Below, piece by piece: positions 9,758-23,935 of a DNA stretch of 31,599 nt (position 1 is its first letter; each line of letters starts with the position of its first letter). Below the pieces are notes generated by a model. It ran no database searches, had not been told where the DNA came from, and saw only the letters and a program-made list of their open reading frames with translations. This DNA comes from Mesotaenium endlicherianum (lineage: Eukaryota), in the NCBI GenBank assembly GCA_009602735.1, contig WELA01002099.1, forward strand, positions 214,535-246,133, in the 5' to 3' direction. The translations under genes and the position numbers were made by a program.

Positions 9758-11199
9758 GGCTGATCTTTTCTCTCGACCTTCGGGAGGTGCTTGTCTGGAT
9801 ACTGCTCTCTGAAGTGACTTGGCTGCTGGCAATGGAAGCAAATCGATTTTGCTGAGGCTGGTCTCGGCTTCGTCTTACCACCATAGCCGCCTTGAGAGAA
9901 ACCACCTCTCCCTCTAGACTGCATAGCATTGTCCTCATACCCATATTCATCACCCTGATCATCCTCAGCCTGGTCTCCTCCAATTGCATTGTAGGAACCG
10001 TGGGGCTTTTTGACAACCTTCGACACCAAAGCATTACTCTGGCGCTTGTGATTGAACTGCTGCTGATCCCAGGCATCAGCATCTTGAATCAAGTCAGCCA
10101 GTTTCTCATACTTCTTTTCAGCAAAATGACCCGAGACTTCGGATTTCAAGCCATACCTGAAGTCTGCTATTCTATACCGTTCTGGCAAGTTTGGCTGTTT
10201 CATCATGTTCTCCTGGAACTTTTGAGCAAACTCAGCAACTGAAGCGGTCTGCTTTAGCGTCAGGGAGATCATCGCATAGATAGCTTTCTCTTGCTGGTGA
10301 ATGACATCAAACTTCTTATGCAACTTCCCGACAAACTCTACCCATGTAGGGTCACCGAGTTGCTGAGCCTTACGCTTTCCTTTCCAGTATAGCCACCAGT
10401 CTGCGGCACTGCCTTTCAGTAGCACACGGGTGTGCCTGACCTTCTCGTAATCTTGCAGTTTCGAGTAGTTCTCCAGCCACTGCTCAACATTCGCGAGAAA
10501 CTTGATCAGGTAATATTTTCTGTTTCCCTCAGGATCATAGTCCTGGGGAGGTTTCGGCTTGGGCTTACTAGGCCCTCTGCCACCACCACCAGTGGTTTGA
10601 GACCCCAGTTGGTCTCTGTCTCGCAGTAGAGACATTATGATTCTTTTGCCCTCCTGTTGGGCCTGATACATGGTCGCCATTTGCGACTGCATTTGAACGA
10701 ACAATGCTCCCAAGTCTACACTCTGGGGTGGTAGTCTAGCAAATGCAGCAGCAGCATTGGCATCTACTCGCTGAGTAGTGTCCTCAACAGTCCCTCTCGC
10801 TCCTGCAGCAGCAATTCCTGCCGCATTCAGCCGGTCACGTATTTGACCTAGGGGTACATTGAGTTGTACAGCAGGAGGTGGGTTCAGGACATTGGCCCTG
10901 GATGCCATAAGTTCTTCAACCGTACGCTCGTCAGCGGGCTGTCCTTCCCTCCTTTCTGTATCCTCAGCAGCCTTTGCTAATTGTTCAGCTAATCTGGCTC
11001 TCTCCTCCTCAGCTTGCTGTGCTGCGACTGCGGCAATAGCAGCTGCCTCATCTGCAGCCTCTCTAGCTGCAGTATCTGCCACTGCTTCAGAATAGGTATG
11101 GGTTCCCGCTACATGGCTTTCTGCGTGGTTTTTAACATTCTCGTTATCCTGGTTCTCCATGTCTCGGGAGTTGCTAGTTTGAGGCCTTGTCCTTACCAT
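9733..11199 (-). CDS. gag: Gag of element A (488 aa)
   Basis: Starts MVRTR just after the PBS; LLKGSAADWW...TW.EF...LKQTASVAEF...FRYGLK; degenerate knuckle CFHCQQPSHFREQY. Confidence 0.88.
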   Translation of the reverse strand: MVRTRPQTSNSRDMENQDNENVKNHAESHVAGTHTYSEAVADTAAREAADEAAAIAAVAAQQAEEERARLAEQLAKAAEDTERREGQPADERTVEELMASRANVLNPPPAVQLNVPLGQIRDRLNAAGIAAAGARGTVEDTTQRVDANAAAAFARLPPQSVDLGALFVQMQSQMATMYQAQQEGKRIIMSLLRDRDQLGSQTTGGGGRGPSKPKPKPPQDYDPEGNRKYYLIKFLANVEQWLENYSKLQDYEKVRHTRVLLKGSAADWWLYWKGKRKAQQLGDPTWVEFVGKLHKKFDVIHQQEKAIYAMISLTLKQTASVAEFAQKFQENMMKQPNLPERYRIADFRYGLKSEVSGHFAEKKYEKLADLIQDADAWDQQQFNHKRQSNALVSKVVKKPHGSYNAIGGDQAEDDQGDEYGYEDNAMQSRGRGGFSQGGYGGKTKPRPASAKSICFHCQQPSHFREQYPDKHLPKVERKDQPLKDSNSQ

Positions 11200-11219
11200 A
11201 CAAAGAAGACTGTGATAAC

Positions 11220-11232
11220 GGCTCCGATACCA
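11220..11232 (-). other. Primer-binding site (tRNA-iMet type) of element A
   Basis: TGGTATCGGAGCC, one base after the LTR end. Confidence 0.9.
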
Positions 11233-11233
11233 C

Positions 11234-11955
11234 TGAAATGAATGGACTTACCAAATAGGCGAATAACAATTAATAAAGATCTTTATATTAGCAAGTAATC
11301 TTTATGGATATTCCGTTAACTGATTAAACGGCAAAAGGACAACACACTAGCAGTGAACAACACTCGTAAGCCAAATGCGAGTAAACTAGCATCAATAATG
11401 CAATCAGTATAACTCATACATAAGCAAGATTAGAAGACAGTGCGTATTAATGGTTTCTCGCCTTGGATTCAGATCTCTCTCAGTAAGCTGTACAAGAGAG
11501 TTGGCCTCGTTTTCGAATGCCGAACTCGAGAGCAATGCCTAGCATATGTACATGGAATGAGTTTACTATTCAACGGCCAGTGCGATGGCACCGCCTACCC
11601 GGGAGTTGACCACGTTGGTAGGACCTCGGTTAACCAAATCCACTGCCATCTCCCATCATCCCAAATTGCCATTTATCATAGGGATGTCATCTGGCCATTC
11701 ATCTAGCCTATCACACTTAGATGCATATCGGGGCAGTTCGCTGCTACCGAGTACGGAAGTCAGCTGGCTGTCAAAGAATGTGTCGGCAAGCTGACTTAAG
11801 TTGACTTCAGCCTGCTGCTTCCGGCTGAGTCATTAAACTGCTATTAAATATAAAGTCCAGCAGACTGACTATTTAACTAGTGTTCAGCAGGCTGAACATG
11901 ATTAACTATTATATTTAAATGAATATTATATCTACTAATATATTAATTCATTACA
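11234..11955 (-). repeat. 5' LTR of element A (722 bp)
   Basis: TG...CA termini, homologous to 185-904, abuts the PBS and gag. Confidence 0.95.
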
Positions 11956-11959
11956 TTAC

Positions 11960-12713
11960 CAGACCTGCCAGAGCTCGGCGAGGGAGCCAGCTGTGGTCCT
12001 CCTTCGAACGCTGGCAGATTGCCCGGCAGGCGTGCCAGCTGCAGAGAAGCACGAGACACACCTCCTCACCTCCCCTTTGGCCCCTCCCTATTGAACAATC
12101 CTGCAACAGCAGTCTTGATGACACCTCGACACATGGCAGCAGCTGCTCGACACATGGCAGCCGTCGCAAGCACACAAAAGGAGTCATTCGGACAAGAGAC
12201 GGAGAGAGAGAGGGAGAGGGGGCAATAGAGAAGGAGAGAGAGAGGGGAAAGAGAAGAGAAAAGCAAGGCAGACTTGCTGCTGCTGCGTTATAGATAAATG
12301 CCATTTTTTTTATTTATCTGCCTCTGAGCGTATCTCTGAGCCTCTAGGTTCTAAGTGACGAAAATAAGCAGGCCCAAAAAGGTGCAACAATTGACAGGCC
12401 TACAGCAGTAACATGAGAGGCTTACCTTTAAGTACGAGGCAACTGCCCATCTTCCAGCTTCCTCTATCTGGCATGCACGAGTATAGGCGTATTTTCGTAA
12501 GAAAAGAGGAAGGAATTTATGCTGGACTGCTGTCAATTTGTAGTACCTTTCCTTCTTAACCCAATTCTACATAGCCACTGCGGCTGAATCTGCATTAGAT
12601 AGTACTCCATCATAAAAGTGAGTGTTGTAAGACAACCTAAAAATCCTAAGTACAAAATGCTTCCGGCTGTCCATGGTTGATACGTTCACGCAAGCCTCAT
12701 CAAAGTTGGCCAT
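11960..12713 (-). pseudogene. Candidate disrupted two-exon gene of unknown family
   Basis: ATG at 12713 opens 96 codons with one TAG (12569-12567), ending at AAG|GTAAG (12426); CT-rich intron; TGCAG acceptor into an open exon from 12038 that runs up to the LTR. No recognised homology. Confidence 0.3.
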
Positions 12714-13069
12714 TCGATGGATTTGAGGTTGGGCTCGACCAAAGGAACGCCGTCGATGAAGATCGCTGCACTAACTAAACTCAGGAAGTGTCACATTTGA
12801 GCCTGAGTGGAGTTGTGAATGGTTGTCTAGCAACTTTAGAGAGGATGGAGGAGTTGTACCACCATCTTTTTGAGAGGGTGGGGTCTCAAAACACGTTTTC
12901 ACCAGTTTTCGAGGTGGTAAGTGTCGCGAGGACCGCCTTTTAGTGTGTTTCCCATCTTTTCGCGACATCTCAGCAAAGAGTTTGCGTGGGCCATCCCACG
13001 CCATCCTTCGAAAGGATGGAAAACTCGGAAACCACCCGTCGACCATTCTCAGGGTGATGTGTAACCATA

Positions 13070-13485
13070 CTTCGCGTGTCAAAAAAGTCACTTTGCGTGC
13101 CAGAGGTGAGAAATTTGCGCGGTAAAAAGTTTGAATAGCGTGTCGAATGCGTTGCATATCGGTGCCGAACAATAATTGCATAAGGGAAAGATGAACTTGC
13201 GTATTGAAAGTACACCTCTTTGCGTCGTGGATATGCACAACTTGCGTAATGTGAATGTTCACTTTCGTGTTGAAATGAGTCATTTTTCGTGTCGGATTAA
13301 AACAATCTGAGTTGTGTGAAAGTTATTTCCCGTCAAAGATATTACTTCGCATGTCGATTTTAAACAATTTGACATCAAGATGCACCTTGCATGCCGAATT
13401 GAGTAATATTTCGTGTAGAACTTCCACAACTTCATGTCTACGTACTTCTTGGTTTGAAGAATCAAACCTTTTCGTGATTCGAATT
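13070..13485. repeat. Degenerate ~21-22-bp-period motif array, consensus approx. ACTT(T/G)CGTGTCGAA
   Basis: Cores at about 13075, 13096, 13118, 13139, 13161, 13179, 13200, 13223, 13245, 13266, 13288, 13350, 13390, 13412, 13433 and 13473. Confidence 0.65.
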
Positions 13486-16105
13486 GCTCACTTTGTACCT
13501 CATACTTTTCAGTTGCCTAAGCAGCACCGCAAGAAAGAGCAATGAGTAATAGGCTCTGATTTTTGATATTCCTAACCTGAAGCATTTACTTTGGTTGCTT
13601 TAGAGTGTCAGGTTTGATGAAGCTGTTCTTTCTGTCAATCTACGCGCTAAGCAAATAACGTGTTACTTTATTGCTGCATCCGAAGCTAACTAATTGGGAA
13701 TATGCTATATTGCCCCACACCATAATATATGTTCATAAATTGAACTAGGGAGGGATGCGGGAAGCCGCTCTTGAGATTGATATGAGCTTTCTTCTCATGC
13801 TACTATCATATTGGAGGTGGCAATATTGTATGTTTCACGAAGGGTACTCACAAACTAACCAACTTACGATTTGAGCAAAATCGAAAACCACAATACAATC
13901 ACTTCCATGCATGTCTTTAGTGCTCAGGGTCGAGCCGTGTGAGCCCAACTACAACTTTTTGTCATCCATTGGCTTCGACACCTAGTTGACGACGGTTGGC
14001 TTGTGCCTGGCCAACCAAGCATGCAAGTGTATACGGATGGAGTGCAAGTTTGTAGGTACTTGTGGGCTGTAGCAGACCATTGCAAGAGTGCAAAATAATG
14101 CATATGAGAGAGAGGCGTTCCATATGTGCAACTTCGACTCGTGATATCAACAATTTTCACACGTTGTCATGCTTGGGTTTGCCACAACATGTGGAGATTA
14201 GACTCAACTTTATTTGCAGAATAAAGCACACTATATTTACACTGACGCACAACCTCAACTTGCCCAGAACATGCAACACCAAGGGAGCACACCAATTTGG
14301 CAGTAAGGTCCCACTTTATTTGATGCTTTCTTTGAGCCCAATTCTCACACAAATGTGAGCCAGCCATGGATACCATGACTATGCAAACTGAAGTGACCTC
14401 AACCTCAGTGCTCAGCCTCATACAACTTGCCACCTCCACTTACTCCAAAAAGGCAGCCAACACTCCTACCCAATACAATCCTCATCTTTTCTGTTCCAAT
14501 CTCATCTCTCACACGCGCAGCTCAGCTAACTGCAGCTCAATGCACTTCCTTCCCAGCCCTTCCCGCAACCCTAAACTTCTCCACTCTGCGTGTCTCATAC
14601 TCCGCGCTCTTGCCCCGTCAATTTCCCCTCGACTACCTTCTGTGTCGTCACTGCTGCCTTCGTGCGGACTCACCCCTAAAATTCTTGCCCAGAAAGTCCC
14701 AAGAGGCTAACTCTGCACCTCCTGTATCCGGCACCTCCAATCTGCCAGGTAGCTCACAGAAAGTCAACTTTGCCTCTGCCAGCAAGGCACTCAAGTCTCC
14801 AGCTTCCAAACCTCATGCTACTCAACGTGCTCCTCCTAGCAACAATAACAACCATCACCTCATCCGCCCCAAGTGTGGCACCCTCCTCTAGCTCCTCCAA
14901 TTCCAACCTGTATTATCCCTCTCCTTCTGTCAACAGTGTGCCAATGTTGCCACCTCCAACCTCCGTGTTGTCAAATTTCCTCATGCAGCACAAAGTGCAA
15001 CCCCTTCCCCGTTGGCAATTCTTCCCCAGTAAGAAGCCCTCCACCATATGACCTAACATATCTTTGAAGCCGTCCTGCACAATGCCTCCCGCACTGATTC
15101 TAGACCCCCCCATCCTCGACCAATTATCCTACAGGTCAAGCTGCTCCTCTCGTCGTCACCCAGCAGCAGACCTGCTGCCCATACAAATCGAGTATGAAGA
15201 GGAGGAGCAAACGCCCCCTTCGCCTCCCAGCCCTCCCTCCTCCACACTCCCAAATGTCCTCGATTATGCGCGGCCACCCTCAGCAGCCACCTTTTGCCGT
15301 CGAAAACAAGTCATCACTGGCTCGTTTCTCCCCCTCTTCTTGAGCCCCGTGCCCACCGCCGTTCCACATCGTACCATCATCCACCCATCCAGGCATGCGC
15401 TCTACGTCCACTCTTCCACACACCTCATCACTCTCAGCCTCTCTTCTCAGCCTTGCCATTATACGACAGATATTCAACACCCTCTCACTCTGCAGGACTC
15501 ACATGACTCTTCCCCCTGCTGCTGCAACAACAACAAACTACTTTGGTACTGCCAGATAAGACCTGATCAAGTTCTTCTCAGGCCCGCCCTGTTTCTACTT
15601 GTCCCTCACGTTCTCCACTTCCCGTTCTCAACTACCCCTCCCGCGCAAAGCCATACGGCCTCTTGTCACCCAAAGCTCATCACACCCCGCCTCCCCCACC
15701 CCCCTCCCCCACGCAAACCCCCCTCACTGTCGCTTGTGTAACTGTGTGCATGCCATGTTCCGTAGTGCAGCAGCACACCTCCAAGGCCCTCCACAGCCCC
15801 CCTCCCCCTCAGGCCCCATCACCGCAACCACCATATACCCAACTGTGAGAACTATACAAGGGGCAGAGAGGGAGAGCTCGTGGCGCAGCCAGCCAGCCCC
15901 CCCCACACCAGAAAGCAGCTGGTTCCCTTGCCTGGTGCACCATATCTGGCTCCCTCGCGAGCCTCAGCCTGCTACTCCTACTACTACCACTACAACTACT
16001 GCAAGTGTGCCTTCGTTAAGAGTCCCCAGCCCCAGCCCCAGCCCCACTCCCAGCCCCAGCCCCAGACACAGCCGGTGACGGAGGAGGCAGAGGAGGAGGT
16101 GGCGC

Positions 16106-19435
<3,330 letters not shown>

Positions 19436-20888
19436 AGCAGGCTGATATTTGAAAGAAGGCTCTTGGATATTGTAAGCTAGCAATTGGGGAAGGAGGCCCC
19501 TAATGACAAGCCTGACAGAAAAAAAGCAGGTGACCTCTATGCGCCACAAAGAGAGCGGGGGACACGGCTCTGACGGATAAAGAACTATACTGGCTGAAGG
19601 AGTAACTCCTTCAAAATTAAGTTTCGCACAATAACGCTGACAATAGCATACAGTGTCTTACGATGTCTGACCGCAAATGATTCCTCAAGCTGTGGTTTTA
19701 CAACGACCTCCAGGACTAGTAGTGATGCATCGTAGAACAGTAATTAAAAACGCTATAACTACTTAACACAAACTCCTTGAAGCTCCTAGATGTGCTCTGA
19801 AGTTCATGAAGGTAATTATTGGGCCTTGATGGTATTGAACGCCGTCGTAGAAATCAGGATTGTTGGAAGTCTAGCGTCCACCGTCGACGTCGACATACGC
19901 GAAGCAAACTAACAGCTTGGGTTGCATTTCGTTATGCAGCGCTATGCATGATTGTTTAGCCGTATAGTTAGGGAGGACAATACATACTTGCGTGGCAAGT
20001 CGGAATCTACGCCTGAGCTACGCCGTGCGGTTAACGTCTGAGATAAGGTTGACAGCAGTTGACAGGAGGCTGACATAGATTGACATATATCTACGTCGCG
20101 CGAGGGAGTCGGTAGTAAGGTCGACTTTGTAGACATGTTAACGTCGTCACCTGGTTGATACGTCTGATGTTAGCTGGGGATATCAGAGCAAATCAACTTG
20201 CATTTCGATGAAACTCCTGTATATCAGCTACTTTGTGATGTTTTATGTGGGGGTTGCCAGCACAGCCTGTAGGCCATCAAAGTTTCTCAAGAAGCTTGGA
20301 GATTTGAAAGTAACAACTTGTTTGCCAAATCTATGTGATGTGTTTTTGTGATGACATTGATGATTCACAATGAGAAGTGCCACGCAGCTTCAAAAAACGA
20401 AAACTGAGCCATCATGAAGATGAAATTGGAGCTGAGGAAGGGTGTATGGATAACATTTTGCAACCCTTACCAGTCTCCACTCCCTCAAAAGTCAATCTGG
20501 ATTGCTAATACATGGTTTGTACTTGTCCATTGCAGATTCTTCACGTGAACGGCAACAAGCATACAATTATTGTGGCTCAAGTTTTGAGACTAAATCAATC
20601 CTTGCTGCTCAACATGTCTTTCAGCGTAAGGCCCCCGTGACCACGTAAATGCATTGATGTCCAGCAACTTCTAACTAATGACCTCAGCTTGCACATCACC
20701 CTTGTACGTAGTAAGTAGAAGATAGTACAGTACACTTCTAACACCACGAGAGTAACAAAGAATATGACCTGGTTTATTCAACCATGCTACCACGGCTGCT
20801 TTTAAGAGCCAAATAAACCGAGGACTAAACAGGCGGAAAAGTTGCAAAAGTAAGGGCTTGATGTGAGCATAGAGGATAAAGTATAAGC

Positions 20889-22405
20889 TCATTCAGTAGC
20901 CCCCCTACCACCCCTGATCTTACATACAGGTAGTAAAGAATCAGATACAAGACACAATCGAGGGTCCACCTTCAGGTCTTTCTGCAAGACCTTGTCGCCA
21001 ACGTTCAGACTACTCAGGTCCACTTCAACGCTCGGGGGAATTGCGTCAGCAGGACACAAAAACTTGACCGTTCGCTTGATTGTGTTTAGTGTGCCACCTG
21101 CATTCAGAATTGAATACATATATATACAGGGGAGTATGAGGTACTTGCGCAGCTTTCAAGAGGCCTCCCATAACTATCAAGTGCAGCTTGGAGGACCAGG
21201 ACCTGAGCCAGCGTAATAACAAACTTATAGAGGAACCACTCTTTTGGAAATTTGGTAAACACATACAGTGGGAACAAACAAGTGACACCTGCTATACAAG
21301 AACCAAACAAGACAAGTTGCAAATTTCCACATCTGACTCCCAATCTCCCGACCAGATTGACGGCTGAGTATTGTGCTCACATCGAATCAACCATCACAGA
21401 AGCACTTCAGAACAGAGATAGACAAGTCTCAGGAAGCAGGGATACATGAATATTATGCCTATCCTACTTGATGGATGACCTCAAATTGCTTCCTGTGAAG
21501 GTGGGTCGAGAATGAGGAAGTTTTACGGAGTAGCAAGACGTGGGGGAAAGTGTACCTCGGCGAATGCCGGGACAAGCATCTTCACCAACAAACACAAGGG
21601 GAATATCCACCTTCATGTGTGCTCCTTCCACAGCTCTCATGAACGTTACATTCAGCAGCTCATCTGTGCCAGCATGCAGATGTACCTGCCCCATTTGACA
21701 GCCAGATGAGTGCTTTTCTATCAAGCTGGGTGACAATGCATGCAGGCTGCAGCAGTATGGTAACCCTTCCATGCTTCTACCAGGACATTGTAGAGAGGTG
21801 CTAAGGTGAGAACGAGCAATTTTTTTTTTTATGAGGTTCCCTGATTCACTGAATACATAAGCTGGAGGGGCTGCACACAAAGTGCCAACAGAGTGCTGCA
21901 GCTGACTTACAGATCGCGGGATGACTCTTTCTCGTACCACCTCTTCTGTAGCTCCATCTCCTTTCACAGTCTCCAGAGTAAAGGTTCGAGAGAGGAAGAA
22001 AGAGCGGCCAAAGTGTTTCAACAATCTATATATTTGCTTACTTTCAACAGCTATCAGCTGCCTGTGACCACGTAAGTGCCCATCCCGCTGCTCATAAACA
22101 ATACTTGGCACCAAGCCTTTATTCCTTTCCTTCTTAGCTGATATCTTCCCTGACCCAGCCCTAAGCACAGCTTTGATGACTTCATCCACCTGTTTTTTAG
22201 AGTGCCCCCCTTCCTCTGCAAGATATGCAAGAGGCGCAGCAAGATTGGGTGCAGTGCCGTAAGATCTTGCGTCGCCAAGCTGGACCTTTTGAAAACAGGT
22301 CAAAACAGATGGCTTCCTTGAGGGAAGATGTTCCAGACCACAGCTTTTGCTAATGTACTCTCGTATACTATACAGAGTTGTTGAAAGCAACCGTATCCGC
22401 TGCAT
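20889..22405 (-). CDS. bL25: Organellar (probably mitochondrial) ribosomal protein bL25/CTC family, 3 exons, ~277 aa
   Basis: Exons 22405-21911, 21685-21556, 21097-20889 (GT-AG, in phase). R.GSGKISAKKERNKGLVPSIVY, VIPRS|VHLHAGTDELLNVTF, KVDIPLVFVGEDACPGIRRG|GTLNTIKRTV..C...IP...EVDLSSL.VGD; basic N-terminal extension. Confidence 0.9.
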
Positions 22406-23154
22406 TTTCAATTCTAACAATCAGCTAAGGGTTGCCTCGAGCAGGCATTGCTTGTACGTGAAACAGTCTTCTTCTACTTCCTTTTCATATTTGCCACATC
22501 TGGCTCCTCCCAGAATCTCTTGAGTTGGGTGTCAAGGTGAAAGAAGCCCAGAGGTACGACGAACGTAGAGACACCAAGTATCCATGCTGGCGAGAAAGAA
22601 TTATATCGTGATCAACGCTTGACGAGGTTTACATAAGAGGCAAACGACACAATTTCCTTGTCGGTCTCGTTCGAAAACCCTCTCGGTCTGCAGTTCCTAC
22701 GAAACGTTTTTTGGAAGGCTCATAAACCCTCTATCTAAATGCAATATTCTGCTCTTGCGAGAGTGCAGAACAAGTTTCAATAGATTTTCATCCTAAATTT
22801 GACACACCTCCAGAATTTCGTACTCGTCTCTTTGCGCCAGTGACCGTGAACTCTGGAAGCCAGAAGTGCAGACGTGCCCTACTAGAGCTCGGATTCATTA
22901 ATATACTCTTAGTCGTATGGGCGGGTCTTTGATTAATGTCCTTAGTAGCGTACAGTGCTTTCATGAACATACCAAGCAGCAGCTGAACAAGTGAAGAGTG
23001 ACGCTCTCACTTACTTATTCTGTGCTTAGACGTGTCACTTTAATGATTTGAGTGTCCTTACTGCACTTCTATGAAGGTTGGACGTAGGTTATCCTCCCAG
23101 CATCTCCTTGGATAGAACGTAGATACTCAGGCTGTGAGCGTGTGCAGCTGCACA

Positions 23155-23935
23155 ATGCCTCTGGGTTTGGAGCTTGTGGGACGTGCCTTCATGCGCCGCG
23201 TGAGACGAGGCTTATATGCTGGCAAAGAAATACGTTTTGGCAACAAAGTGAGCGAAGATGGAGGGAATAAGTGAGTTCCAAGTTCTCATGAACTGACTGG
23301 TCGCAACACGGCTTGAAATGAAAGCACTCGTAAAAAAGGGCCATAAAATTTTTGGCGAAGATAAGAGATTAGATATCTAAGCGACCAGACCATGAGGCGC
23401 TCAGGTTCAGCAGCGTATTTCCTCTGTCCATGCGCTGGCTTTATGCAAAGCTCTCAATTGTCCCCTTGACCTGCTTTGCCCTGCAAGAAACAAATTACAG
23501 AGAGGCATGCTCATCCTTCTACAGTACAAATGTGGAAGTCATGGACCCGTGATTGCTGGACTCTGCTGATGCACCACCATCGGTTCCATGTCTTGCCATG
23601 AATGAGCTGGCAGGACTCGAAGAACGTGGAAGCCGAATGTGCACTGGAAGAGAGTGTACAGCCAAGCGCTGGAGAAGATGTTGCGCATTCGCATGACCAC
23701 CCATGCCTTGCGCTGCATAGACAAAGCAGGAGGTATTGACGAGTATCTGCTGAACACTCCTGAGAAGAAGCTCAATTCCGATGTCGGCATGTACTGGCGG
23801 GAACACATACAGAAGGCCCTAGCAGCTCAGCTGCAGCCTCCAGCCCTGCCCTCAGGCACTGGGGTCGAAGCTGGGAGTGACATCAGTAGCGTTGAATCTT
23901 TTGAGACTCCCAGCCAAGTACCACCCTCTAGCTAA
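23155..23935 (+). CDS. bL28: Mitochondrial-type ribosomal protein bL28, 2 exons, ~145 aa
   Basis: Exons 23155-23270 and 23614-23935; RRGLYAGKEIRFGNKVSEDGGNK|TRRTWKPNV..KR.YS..L...TTHALRCIDKAGGIDEYLL. Confidence 0.93.

Larger units (their letters stand above)
8463..11955 (-). mobile_element. 3'-truncated Ty3/Gypsy LTR retrotransposon (element A)
   Basis: 5' LTR, PBS, gag, PR and partial RT; RT is cut at CDFFKES by the element B LTR. Confidence 0.93.

Noticed and set aside
9693..9762. Tandem double slippery site in element A
   Set aside because: An exact 36-bp-period duplication separated by an N; most likely an assembly artefact.
185..11955. A single 11.8-kb element bounded by the two family A LTRs with B nested inside
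   Set aside because: The left LTR has its own GACAG TSD and no adjacent PPT, the outer flanks (GACAG versus TTACC) differ, the LTR ends are notably diverged, and the integrase beside it is on the opposite strand.
12124..12162. 21-bp tandem duplication CTCGACACATGGCAGC
   Set aside because: Only two copies in low-complexity intron-like DNA; ordinary slippage.
22420..22740. Telo-box elements in the bL25/bL28 intergenic region
   Set aside because: Only AAACCCTC near-matches, not AAACCCTA; insufficient support.
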